Source: Octopus vulgaris (lineage: Eukaryota). From it: a stretch of 64,000 nucleotides of DNA. How positions within the stretch are numbered: position 1 is the stretch's first letter; each line of letters opens with the position of its first letter. The stretch is taken from NCBI GenBank assembly GCA_951406725.2, contig OX597842.1, positions 32,860,001 through 32,924,000 on the forward strand, written 5' to 3'. The translations under genes were made by a program, and so were the position numbers. This document shows positions 15,664-29,323 of this stretch, in pieces. The notes below the pieces were generated by a model that did no database searches, was not told the DNA's origin, and saw nothing but the letters and a program-made list of their open reading frames with translations.

Positions 15664-15761
15664 TTACACAAATTCATGAGAGGATAAATAGCTAAATATA
15701 GCTATATATATGTGTAGGTATGACTATATCAGTGACTGTAAATAAACGTGTATATAGATAA

Positions 15762-15833
<72 letters not shown>

Positions 15834-15844
15834 GTATCTATTTG

Positions 15845-15891
<47 letters not shown>

Positions 15892-15904
15892 ATATATCTA
15901 TCTA

Positions 15905-15935
<31 letters not shown>

Positions 15936-15948
15936 TTATCTCTCTCTC

Positions 15949-16036
<88 letters not shown>

Positions 16037-16147
16037 TATGTTTCTCTATGTATCTATTTATCTACATAGGTATTTATCTACTTATATATATGTATAAATA
16101 CGTAATCCTATTTACACAGTCTTCCACGTGTACTTTAAATACACACA

Positions 16148-16196
<49 letters not shown>

Positions 16197-16537
16197 GTAC
16201 ATATACATATATGTATATAAACATATTTATATATATATATATATACATACGTGTTTGTAAATATATATGTAGTACATATACACATATGTATTTCCCTACA
16301 ACATATATATTCAAATGCATGTATATATGTATATATATGGTGAAATTCCATGAAGTAGAAACGCTACATTACTGAGTATTTTTTAAAATCATTTTTTATA
16401 ATTTGAGTATATTCATATATATTCATGTTATTATAAAAGCGAAGCAACACCACAGAGGAAACGGCGTAAGATTAAATGATAAACCGCGATATGTGAACCG
16501 CGATGAGGCGTGGGATCACTGTGTGTGTGCGTGTGTA

Positions 16538-16644
<107 letters not shown>

Positions 16645-16744
16645 ATGTATGTATGTATATATATATGCATGTATATAAAATAAACAAGTGAGCGTTTCCG
16701 CGTATCTATATATGCATTCGTGTAAATATGTGTACTTATGTGAG

Positions 16745-16777
<33 letters not shown>

Positions 16778-17063
16778 CTGTGCTTTGGTGTATGCGTGTA
16801 CGTACACAACCACACCAATTATTTCTGTGTTTTTATAATTTGCGAGCCAAGAGCCTCATCCGCCCTTTCTCTCCACGATGAACACCAAGCAACAATTAAT
16901 CTAATCGCTTAAAGCACTACAATTAATTAATTACCCTATACAAATATAATTACTTCACCCTCATATATTCCACAAATGACATGCACCTCCTATCTGCATA
17001 TATATATATGTGTGTGCCTATGCGTGAGTGTATATATATATACATATATATATAAACACGTGC

Positions 17064-17146
<83 letters not shown>

Positions 17147-17181
17147 CATGGATATATATACTTACACACACTGATATATAC

Positions 17182-17266
<85 letters not shown>

Positions 17267-17943
17267 TGATATATATTTATATATATATATATATATATGC
17301 ATAAACATCTGCATGTATATATATATACATATACATATACATGAATATATATATTTACACACACTGATATATATATAGGTATATATATATGTGTGTATAT
17401 ATATATATATATAAATTATTATATATACACACATATATATATATAAATACATATACATATACATACCATTATATATATATATATACATATACATACACAT
17501 ATATATGTACCTAGACCTATAAGGCATACGAAACACGTACTTTAACATACGGTGACCTGCACAGGTAATTGATAATATTAATTAAATATTATTATCATTG
17601 TTACTAAATCACTTTGTTTCATGCGAGCTAACCTCCCGTTCCTCTTAATTGTTCTGTTAATTAGCGCACCTGTTGCGGTTTGAATGTCTCCCCCAGTCGC
17701 CATTCCTGCAACATTTGCGGTATTTTTTTGTTTTTTTTGTATGTTTGCTATCTTTTTTGTGTGTTTAAAGCATATTTTGTTTTTGTCTTTTGGACTTGAT
17801 TTTATCTTCCAGACCGTTGGCTAAATTAGCCCTCCACACACACACACACACACATACACACCGCTATCCACTTAACGAAAACACTGGAGTGTTTTCTAAT
17901 CAATGCCAGATAAGCAGGTGTGCTGTGTGCATCAGGTGTAAGG

Positions 17944-18005
<62 letters not shown>

Positions 18006-18221
18006 ATATTACGTATTAATGTAGATATGTAGACAGGCGTGCACGGAGGCAGGCAGTGCAATCTTTGTCCATCTGAACGAGTTGCTTAGCCAATGATGTG
18101 CGCAACGACCCCACGGGGAGTTGGGGCAATGAACATATGTCTATGTAAGTGAAATGAGAGGAATAGATCCAATGGAGATATAGATATATATGGGTGCATA
18201 CATAAGTGTATATATATTTAT

Positions 18222-18392
18222 GTGGCTGTGTGGGAAGTACCTTGCTAACCAACCACATGGTTCCGGGTTCAGTCCCACTGTGTGGCATCTTGGGCAACTG
18301 TCTCCCACTATAGCCCTGTGTCGTCCAATGCCTTGTGAGCGAATTTGGTAGACGGAAACTAAAAGACGCCCGTCGTATATATATGTATATAT

Positions 18393-18464
<72 letters not shown>

Positions 18465-18675
18465 ATGCGTGTATATGTTTCCGTGTCTGTGTTTGTCCCT
18501 CCATCATCGCTTGACAACCGATGCTGGTGTGTTTACGCCTCTGTAACTTAGCGGTTCGGCAAAAGAGCCCGATACTAGGTTTACAATTAATAAGTCCTGG
18601 CGTCGATTTGCTCGACTAAAGGCGGTGCTCGAGCATGGGCGCAGTCAATGACTGAAACAGGTCAAAGAGTAAAGA
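18222..18675 (+). mobile_element. SINE family A
   Basis: Match to the consensus. Confidence 0.88.
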
Positions 18676-18729
<54 letters not shown>

Positions 18730-18730
<1 letters not shown>

Positions 18731-18892
18731 CGATGAGCTTCTTTCAGTTTCCATCTAGCAAATCCACTTACAAGGCTTTGGTCGGCTTGAGGGTATAGTA
18801 GAAATATTTCTTGTAGTGCCATGGAATGGGATTGAACCCAGAACCAAGCGGTTGGGATGTAAGCTTGTTACCGCTTTGCCACGCCTGCGCCT
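18730..18892 (-). mobile_element. SINE family A, 5' half, inverted relative to its neighbour
   Basis: GAGCTTCTTTCAGTTTCCATCTAGCAAATCCAC..CCTGCGCCT. Confidence 0.8.
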
Positions 18893-18936
18893 CTGTATAT
18901 ATTTATATATATATATGATTGATTCCAGTTTCAGCT

Positions 18937-18976
<40 letters not shown>

Positions 18977-19039
18977 CTACATCCATATATACATGGAAAA
19001 ACTATTACAGGCATTGTAACCCTTTACTTGGGCCACAAT

Positions 19040-19705
19040 TACTACCTCAACCACCACTACCACCACCACCACCACCACCACCACCACCACCACAACCACC
19101 ACGACGACCACCAGCTGTAGCACCAGCAACCCCACCACTCCACCCCACCGCTATTTTCCCCAATGCCACCGTCAGCGCCACCCCCACCACCACCACCACC
19201 ACCACCACCACCACCATCACCACCACTATCACCACCACCACCACATCTGCATAACGGAATCTATAAACACCATCTCACCTGCCTGTCCCAATAAGGCAGC
19301 AGCAGTACCACCGCCGCCACCACCACAACCAGCACCACCACTACCACCACTACTACCGCCACTACCACCACCACCACCACACACCACCACCACCACCACC
19401 ACTACCCCACCAGCACCAGCACCAGCACCACCACCGCCACCACTACCCCACCACCACCACCACCACCATCACTACCAGCACCAGCACCACCACCACCATC
19501 ACTACCAGCACCACCACCACCACCACCACAACCGCCATCAACACCACCACAACTACCAACACCACCACCACCACCACCACCCACCACTAACACCACCACC
19601 ACCACCACCACCACCACAACCACCATCACCACTGCAACCATCACTACAACACCACCACGACCACCATCACCACTACAGCATAACCACAATCACCACCACC
19701 AACCC
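19040..19705. repeat. (CAC)n-rich imperfect trinucleotide tract
   Basis: Directly visible. Confidence 0.9.
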
Positions 19706-19944
19706 ATACCCTGACAGAGCAACCCCCTTCCCCTACTACCCCTCCCTTCTCAGCAATTAGCCATTCTGTATAAAACGACACGAAGGGGGAGCGGGGTGCG
19801 GTGTGAGGAGATATTTCCAGAAATATTCGTGTTCTGATTATTAAAGACCGCGTTTATTAACGCTCTCTGATTGGCTACGTGCTTCATGCTTAGCTGTGAT
19901 TTGATTCGTTGATGCCAATACGCTTAAAGGAATCAGCGATGGTC

Positions 19945-20240
19945 AGCAGGTTCGCTAGAAACAACAGCTAAATATCCTTTAATTACGACCTGCGTCTAAA
20001 CAAGAATAACGTGTATATAGTTACAAATGATTACTAAACTGTGCATTAGATAATGTACTCCTAGATACACTATGCCTGAATAAAAGATGGGATGTCTTTG
20101 ATCATAGATCTCTCTGAATCAGGGCTGACCTGGGGTTAAATAATAACAACAACAACAACTATAGACACTGATACTGTCCACTATACATTAGGTAATGTAC
20201 TCCTAGATACACTATGCCTGATTAAGAGATGGGATGGTCA
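19945..20240 (+). mobile_element. old retroposon (family D) ending CTGACCTGGGGTTAAA(CAA)n, with a partial local duplication
   Basis: Homologous in reverse orientation to 32030-32415 and 54925-55100. Confidence 0.6.
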
Positions 20241-20305
20241 CACGTTAGCACACCAACATCGGTTGTCAAGCAATGATGGGGTAAACATAGACAGACACAC
20301 ACACA

Positions 20306-20385
<80 letters not shown>

Positions 20386-20389
20386 TAGA

Positions 20390-21483
20390 TGGATCAAAAA
20401 GAGGCCGAAGAAGGGCGATTGGCACCGCGAGTGTCGCGTTGCTCTCAAGCAACTCTGCCGTCCTGGGTCGACCTTGAGTGACTTCAACACAACCAAAGCA
20501 TTCTATAGGGGTTTAGTGGATGTGAGGTACGACGACGAGCTCGGGGCGAACCTGGACGTCGACGAGGAGTACCTGACCCGCCTGTTCAGGACGACTTTCG
20601 GGCCAGGGCCCATGGACAACTTCCAGAGATCCCTGGCCTGGCAGTGCTACCGAGAAGCGCTACCCGTTCGGGATAAGCTCTACAGACACAGCTCGAGAAA
20701 CACGGGGCCGACCTGCCCGAGATGCGGTCAGAGCGACGAAACCGTTCTGCACGCACTCGTGCAGTGTCCAACAATTTCCGACCTGTGGGCTTGTATCGAA
20801 CAACTGCTGTCACGTGTGGGACGAGTCGGTTTATCAGCTGAGTCTATCGTTAATATTGTCACGCCTCCCTCCTTCAAACGGGAAGGAAGAGCTATTTTCA
20901 TCATCCTTGTGGCTATGGCGAAAGAATGTATCTGGTGGACGCGTCTGAAAGGATTGGAGACAAACACTTTCCTCTCTGGTCAATCTCTCATCAACTTCTT
21001 CAAGTACCACTTGAAAAGGAAAGTGAGAGTAGAGAGGCAAGTTTTGTCTAGCGAATGTTTTAAAAAAGATGGGTGAATGTAGCAAGAATGGCACGTATGA
21101 ATGACGAAGCCACCTTGAGCATGATCCTATGAACCCAGAAATTGAAAACAGAGAGTTGCTTATTTGCAAAAAAAAAAAAAGAAATATAACATGTGACTCC
21201 ATTGACCGAGGTTACCGTGGTCTTTTCCGTAGGCTTTTGTTTCCACGGGTAAACCTCACCTGTCCTCCCCTTTACACTTCATATTGACATTTCTGTGATA
21301 ACGATCCCTATTGATCAATTTTTGTTTTCCTCTCCCCCTTTTTTTGTCCTCTTTCTCTCCTTTTACGATCCCTTTTGATCGAAACTCCCCTTCCTTTTTT
21401 TTTTTTTTTTAAACCTTCAAAAGAAAAGTTCTACCTTGTAATTTGTTCTATCAGTGTGCAGCCCTGTTTGGCTAATAAAGAAA
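20390..21483 (+). mobile_element. 5'-truncated Tx1/L1-clade non-LTR retrotransposon (ORF2 C-terminus plus 3' UTR)
   Basis: Open frame 20390-21076 with a zf-RVT-type motif (LAWQCYREALPVRDKL..CPRCGQSDETVLHALVQCP..LW); a 1-nt slip in the A-run near 21065 restores FKKRWVNV..IL* at 21132; pyrimidine-rich 3' UTR ends AATAAAGAAA. Confidence 0.88.
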
Positions 21484-21489
21484 CATATC

Positions 21490-21575
<86 letters not shown>

Positions 21576-21681
21576 GTATATAATATATATGACACCTTTT
21601 AGATATCAGTGTCTTTACGATACTGGAAAAGGGATAAGTATTTGCTAAGGGAACCTACTTTTCATCGACAACTGTGATTGT

Positions 21682-21726
21682 CACACGCCGATGACGGGTC
21701 AATACTCAGAAACTCGAGTCCGTGTG
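21682..21726 (+). ncRNA. type I hammerhead ribozyme (U4C core variant)
   Basis: CACACG-CCGAUGA-C-GGGU-CAAU-ACUC-A-GAAAC-UCGA-GUC-CGUGUG; 6-bp stem I, palindromic ACUCGAGU stem III, GUC triplet. Confidence 0.75.
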
Positions 21727-22452
21727 CATCATAAGTTGAAGACAGCACTTGCCCAAGTTATCACGCAGTGAAATTACCAAGAACCATTTGGCTGGTAAGC
21801 AAGCTTCTTACCACACAGCCATCCCTGCACCTAGATATTCAGATTTTTAAAGCAGTCTCGAACAATTTTGTGTTGGAATAAATATTTTGTGGGAAAGAAA
21901 TTTTTAAGAAAATCGCACCAACGCCAGACAAAGACAGTAGCATCATTCTGCTGCGGCACTACCTCAGAACTGTGCCACCATGTTACTATACTGTACGTAC
22001 ACCTCTGTATTACAGCGCCAGAGAATACGCCACACCGCCGTATCATCGTCACAGCAGTACCAAAATTGTACGGCTATTCATTACGTTGTTACACCACATC
22101 ATCACGAACACAAACGTACTAAGTTCCTAGGCACCCAACCACTCCACTACACGACGTCAACACCGCAATACAAAACACCTCCACTCCACCTGCTTCTCCG
22201 TGCAAGCACAAGAGATATTATATTCGGAATATTAAAGCAGTCTTGAAATTTGTTCTGTTAGAAGAAATCTTTTCAGGAAAAGAAATTTTTGAGAAAAAGA
22301 AGAATAAGTTTGTATTTTGTGTTTATGCCTCGGGATAAAATATTTATAATTCTGGAGAGTGGAGAGTTTTTGTAGGGAACGTGAAGGTTTGTGGCTGTGG
22401 GCGGTTATTGTTGATTACGAGCGGGGTGGGGGAAGATTCTCGGAGCATGTGT

Positions 22453-22792
<340 letters not shown>

Positions 22793-23297
22793 TGGTGTTG
22801 GTTGTTGTAAGCGTGAACGCGGTTGTTGAATTTATGGCTGTGGGGAGTTCTGTGGAGGAGAGAGTTTGTTTTTGCAGGTACGTGAGGGTTTTGTTGTGGT
22901 CTGTTTTTGTTAAGTATGGGTTGGGGAAGGGGTGGGATCTTCTGCGTGTGGGTGGGGGTGTGGAGGTTGGTGGTGGTTGTAGTGTGTGTATGTGGGGTGG
23001 TGATGCTGGTGATGGTAATATTGGTGGCGACGATGATGTCGATGGTAGGGGTTGCGGTCATGGAGGTGGTGGTAAAGGTGGTGGCTGTGGTGGTGGCTGA
23101 GGATGGTGGTGGTAAAGGTGTGGCAGTGGTGGTGGCTGAGGATGGTGGTGGTAAAGGTGTGGCAGTGGTGGTGGCTGTGATGATGGCCATTGTGATGGTC
23201 GTGGTAGTGGTAATGAGGGTGGTGGTGTGGCGGCGCATAATATCAATTATAGGAGAGAAAGGGGTGGGGGAATCTGTATATTGCCAATTGTGTAGGC

Positions 23298-23625
23298 GAA
23301 GGTGCATGGCTTCTTGGTTTGAGCATTCGGCTCAGGATCGAAACGTCAACAGTTCGATTCCTGGTCGTGCGCTGTGGCCTTGAGCAAGACACTTTATTTC
23401 ACGTTGCTCCAGTTCACCTAGGTGGCAAAAATGAGTAATACCTGTAATTGAAACGGGGCCAGCCTTGTCACTTTTTGTCTGCAGTTGGAACTCCCTGAGA
23501 ATATCGTTAAGGGTTACGCATGTCTGTGGAGTATTCAGCCACGTACACGTTAATGTCACGAGCAGGTTGATCCGTTGATCGAATCAACTGCAAAACTCAT
23601 CGTCGCAACCGACGGAGTGCCAATT
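23298..23625 (+). mobile_element. tRNA-derived SINE (family C)
   Basis: GTTCGATTCC B box, then CCTTGAGCAAGACACTTTATTTCACGTTGCTCCAG; second head at 23633-23738; minus-strand copy at 53345-53511. Confidence 0.75.
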
Positions 23626-23744
23626 ATCTTGTGGAGGTGCGTGGCACAATGTGGTTAGATTATTGAGCTCACGATCCTAAGGCGGTGAGTTCGATTTCCG
23701 GCGGCGCGTTTGGGTCCTTGAGCAAGTCACTTTATTTCCCATGG

Positions 23745-24600
23745 CAATGGTGGTGATGGTAATGGTAGTTATTGTGGTAGTGTTGGTGGTTGTGGTGATG
23801 GTGGTGGTGATGGTGGTGGTGGTGGTTGTGGTGATGGTGGTGGGGGATGGTGGTGGTGGTGGTGATGGTACTGGTGACGGTGGTTGTAGTGATGGTGGTG
23901 GTGAGGTCATGTTGTTGTTGGTGGTGATGGTGGTGATGGTGGTGGTGGTGGTGGTGATGGTGGTTATTGCGGTAGTGTTGGTGGTTGTGGTGATGGTGGT
24001 GGTATGGTCATGTTGTTGTTGGTGGTGATGGTGGTGATGGTGGTGGTGGTGATGGTGGTGGTGGTGATGGTGGTGATGGTGCTGGTGACGGGGGTTGTGG
24101 TGATAGTGGTGGTGTGGTCATGTTGTTGTTGGTGGTTGTGGTGATGGTGGTGGGTGATGGCGGTGGTGGTGGAGATGGTGCTGGTGACGGTGATTGTGGT
24201 GATGGTGGTGGTGTGGTCATGTTGTTGGTGGTGGTGATGGTGGTGGTGATGGTGGTGTGATGGTGCTGGTGACAGTGGTTGTGGTGATGGTGGTGGGGGT
24301 GTGAGTGGTAATAGTGGTCGTGGCAATGCTGATGGTGGTAGTGTTTGTGGTTGCGGTCGTGGTGATGGTGATGGTGGTGGCGGTGTTAGGAAGATGGAAA
24401 CGATGGTGGTGGTTACAGTGGTGGTGGTGGTGGTGGTAATGGTAGTGGTGGTGGTGCTGGGGGTAGTACTGGGTGGTGGTGTAGGTAGAAGTATTAGCAT
24501 GTTTGAGGTGACTGCGGTAGTGTTGGTGATGATAGTGGTAGTGGTGGTGATTATAGTTGGGGTTGTGGTTGTAGTTGTAGTTGACGGTGGTTGTATTTGT
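23745..24600. repeat. (GGT/GAT)n-rich tract with an approximately 100-bp higher-order unit
   Basis: GGTCATGTTGTTG and GGTGCTGGTGAC landmarks recur about four times. Confidence 0.85.
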
Positions 24601-24804
24601 GTATGTTATTGTTGTTGTTGTTTAACCCCAGGTCAGTCCACATAGAGACGATTGCCCGGGTTCCAAGGCGTACAGTATAAGTGCCGGGATCACAGCATTC
24701 GCCCTCAACGAAGACGTCGGTCCTTGCGGGGTCCAAACCAGTTATTTTGAGGGGAGGGGGACAAATCACCTTTGGCCCTACCGTCCCCAGCACACGACAC
24801 ACAT

Positions 24805-25720
24805 ACATATATATATTATACGTATATATACGACGGGCTTCTTTCAGTTTCCATCTACCAAATCCACTCACAAGGCATTGGTTGGCCCGAGGCTATAGTA
24901 GAAGACATTTGCCCAAGGTACCATGCAGTGGGATTGAACCCGGAACCATATGGCTGGTAAGCAAGCTACTTACCACACAGCCACTCCTGCGCCTATATAT
25001 ATACATATATACGATGGGCTTCTTCCAGTTTCCATCTACCAAATCCACTCACAAGGCTTTGGTCGGCCCGTGGCTATAGTAGAAGACACTTGCCCAAGGT
25101 GCCACGTAGTGGGACTGAACCTGGAACCATATGGTTGGTAAGCAAGCTACTTACCACACAGCCACTCCTGCGCCTATATATATACATATATACGACAGGC
25201 TTCTTTCAGTTTCCGTCTACCAAATCCACTCACAAGGCTTTGGTCGGCCCGAGGCTATAGTAGAGGACACTTGCCCAAGGTACCACGCAGTGGAACTGAG
25301 CCCGGAACCATATGGTTGGAAAGCAAGCTACTTACCACACAGCCACTCCTGCGCCTATATATATACATATATACGACAGGCTTCTTTCAGTTTCCGTCTA
25401 CCAAATCCACTCACAAGGCTTTGGTCGGCCCGAGGCTATAGTAGAGGACACTTGCCCAAGGTACCACGCAGTGGAACTGAGCCCGGAACCATATGGTTGG
25501 TAAGCAAGCTACTTACCACACAGCCACTCCTGCGCCTATATATATATACATATATACGACGGGCATCTTTCAGTTTCCGTCTACCAAATCCACTCACAAG
25601 GCTTTGGTCGGCCCGAGGCTATGGTAGAGGACACTTGCCCAAGTTTCCACGCAGTGGGACTGAACCCGGAACCGTGTGGCTGGTAAGCAAGCTATTTACC
25701 ACACAGCCACTCCAACGCCC
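24805..25720 (-). repeat. tandem array of five SINE family A 5' halves, 181-183 bp period
   Basis: TACGA(C/T)(G/A)GGC at 24829, 25010, 25191, 25372 and 25555. Confidence 0.95.
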
Positions 25721-26056
25721 ATAATAATAATAATAATCAAAATGAAATTAATAATAATGGTATGGAAATGAATAAGTGTTAAATAGAATTTCTTTTTCGT
25801 TACCTTCCGCCATAAAAACCAATTAAACAATCGCAATAATTAAAGGAAAATAAAAAATAAAAACACAATTAGAATAGAATTAACACAAATTAGCGTTCCT
25901 ATTGGCAGATTATCTGAAGTGAGTAACAGATCACGTGACCAGATAAAAGCCAGTACTGTCACTAATGACCCAATACGAAATCTACTTAGGAATAATTATC
26001 AGAGTTAATAAACTCCCACGGAAATTTTGTTGTTGTTTGTGCGATTGTTGTCTGTG

Positions 26057-26124
<68 letters not shown>

Positions 26125-26372
26125 GTTGTTATTATTATTACTATTATTATTATTATTATTATTGTTCCCTTTGCTTTTAACTTACGGACGGCAATAAAAC
26201 GTGAGCGAGAAGGGTGGTGTTCCTTCTTATGTGTGTGTGTGTGTGTTCGTATGTGTTCGTGTGTTCGTGTGTGAGTGTGTGTGTGTGTATGTATGTAAAT
26301 AGATAGGTAGGTAATACGTACGTAGATAGATACATAGATAAATAGATAGGTAGATAGCTAGAGAGAGAAAGG

Positions 26373-26403
<31 letters not shown>

Positions 26404-26506
26404 ATGAGTGTGTGTGTGTGTGTGTGTGTGAGTGTGTGTGTGAGTCTATATATATATAAGTATATATATGTATATATATATGGATGCAGGTAGCTAGGTA
26501 TATATG

Positions 26507-26549
<43 letters not shown>

Positions 26550-26756
26550 TTACACACATACACGCAGATATATATAGAAAGGTTGATAGGTACATGTATA
26601 CTTGGGTAGAGAGTAGGTTGATGGGTACACATTTAAATTCATTTAAGTAGATTTAAACATCTACACGCCACACAAAAACATCTACATATATATATAAATT
26701 TATACATTCCTAACCATTTCTCATTCCGTCTGCGTATAGACATAAATGTGCTAACA

Positions 26757-27518
26757 TTTCTTATTCCTTTACTGCCCACAAGGGGCTAAACACAGAGGGG
26801 ACAAACAAGGACAGACAAACGTATTAAGTCGATTATAACGAACCCCAGCGCATTACTGGTACTTAATATATCGACCCCTAAACGATGAAAGGCAAAGTCG
26901 AATCGGCAGAATTTGAACTCAGAATGTAACGGCAGACGAAATACCTATTTCTTTACTACCCACAAAGGGCTAAACACAGAGGGGACAAACAAGAACAGAC
27001 AAACGGATTATGTCGATTATATCGACCCCAGTTCATAACTGGTACTTATTTAATCGACCCCGAAAGGATGAAAGGCAAAGTCGACCTCGGCAGAATTTGA
27101 ACTCAGAATGTAACGGCAGACGAAATACCTATTTCTTTACTACCCACAAGGGGCTAAACACAGAGGGGACAAACAAGAACAGACAAACGGATTATGTCGA
27201 TTATATCGACCCCAGTTCATAACTGGTACTTATTTAATCGACCCCGAAAGGATGAAAGGCAAAGTCGACCTCGGCGGAATTTGAACTCAGAACGTAACGA
27301 CAGACGAAATACCTATTTCTTTATTACCCGCAAGGAGCTAAACACAGAGGGGACAAACAAGGACAGACAAACGGATTATAACTGATACTTATTTAATCGA
27401 CCTCGAAAGGATGAAAGGCAAAGTCGACTTCGGCGGAATTTGAACTCACAACGTGAAGACATGAAATACCGCTAAGCATTTCTCTCGGCGTCCTAACGTT
27501 TCTGCCAGCTCGCAGCCT
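26757..27518 (-). repeat. tandem array of four Meta-SINE (family B) units, 184 bp period
   Basis: TACCTATTTCTTTA at 26942, 27126 and 27310; a single tRNA head at the right end. Confidence 0.93.
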
Positions 27519-27599
27519 TGAACAAATTATAAAAATATGAAAAAATATGAAAAAATATACAGCACACCACTGTTTCTATTTCGCACAAAAAAACCCCAC

Positions 27600-27770
27600 A
27601 TATATGATGAGCTTCTTTCAGTTTCCGTCTACCAATACCACTTACAACGTTTTGGCCGGCCCCAGGCTATAATAGAAGACACTTGCCCAAGGTGACATGC
27701 AGTGGGACTGAACCCGGAACCATGTGGTTGAAAAGTCAACATCTTGACACGCAGTAACACCTACTCCCAC
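27600..27770 (-). mobile_element. SINE family A, 5' half
   Basis: Match to the consensus. Confidence 0.8.
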
Positions 27771-27794
27771 ATGAATATATTATACAAAATATAT

Positions 27795-27847
<53 letters not shown>

Positions 27848-27898
27848 CATATATAAATATATACATAAACATATCTAAATTAAATTAAATACACTTGT

Positions 27899-27962
<64 letters not shown>

Positions 27963-28224
27963 GTATGTACATAAATGTAAAACATTTGTATATTTAATTT
28001 CGCGAGAGGTCATGAGGTCTCTTAAAAGAACTGAAAATATTAGTTTCACTACAACTATACTAAATAAAAGAATTACGATGCATTTCTAAAGAATGACGTA
28101 CAATTTATTTATTGCTTACACAAGCGTGATTTTAAATATACTGAGAAGTATCTAATAAAACTTAGATTTACCTACCTACACGTATATATATATATACATA
28201 CATATATAAATACATACATACATT

Positions 28225-28268
<44 letters not shown>

Positions 28269-28494
28269 TGCATGTATATGTATATAATTTTTTTCGTTTA
28301 CATTTTTTTTATTCATTGGACAAACGTGGCAATTTTCTTTATTCTGGTTTGTATTTTGACGGTTACCTATTAGCAAGCCCCTACGTTAAGGGGACAGAAA
28401 AGAACCCAACACCAGCTGTAGACTGTTGAGAGATAATATCATAGAAACGCATAAGCACATATGTATATATATGTATATATATGTATATATACTC

Positions 28495-28907
28495 TTTTAC
28501 TCTTTTACTCTTTACTCTTTGACTTGTTTCAGTCATTTGACTGCGGCCATGCTGGAGCACCGCCTTTATTCGAGCAGATCGACCCCGGGACTTATTCTTT
28601 GTAAGCCCAGTACTTATTCTATCGGTCTCTTGTGCCGAACCGCTAAGTGACGGGGACGTAAACACACCAGCATCGGTTGTCAAGCAATGCTAGGGGGACA
28701 AACACAGACACACAAACACGCACATACACATATATATACATATATACGACAGGCTTCTTACAGTTTCCGTCTACCAAATCCACTCACAAGGCATTGGTCG
28801 GCCCGGGGCTATAGCAGAAGACACTTGCCCAAGGTGCCACGCAGTGGGACTGAACCCGGAACCATGTGGTTGGTTAGCAAGCTACTTACCACACAGCCAC
28901 TCCTGCG

Positions 28908-28911
<4 letters not shown>
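28495..28911 (-). mobile_element. SINE family A, full length, near consensus
   Basis: Complete; (GTAAAAGA)n tail repeats; head abuts (TA)n. Confidence 0.92.
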
Positions 28912-28975
<64 letters not shown>

Positions 28976-29267
28976 CATATATATATATACAGAGATAGAG
29001 ATAGAGATAGATATATAGATATATTTATATCTTTTTATAAATATATATCTATTTCTATGGATGTATCAATGTAGCTATCTAGATATCTGTGTGTGTGTGA
29101 GTGTGTGTGTGTTTACACGCGGTTTTCATTGCTTAAGGAATTCGCGAGACGTCGGTAAACCGAAGATATAGTTGAAGCTATTTGCTTTAGACAAGAATTC
29201 AAAGGGTCTCGGTGAGAGGCAAGCTCTTTAACTAAATACTTATTCTCAATCATTATGTGTGTATGTT

Positions 29268-29323
<56 letters not shown>

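Noticed and set aside
24681-25724. ORFs such as [15 protein letters not shown] / [15 protein letters not shown]
   Set aside because: Antisense translations of SINE family A that recur in every copy
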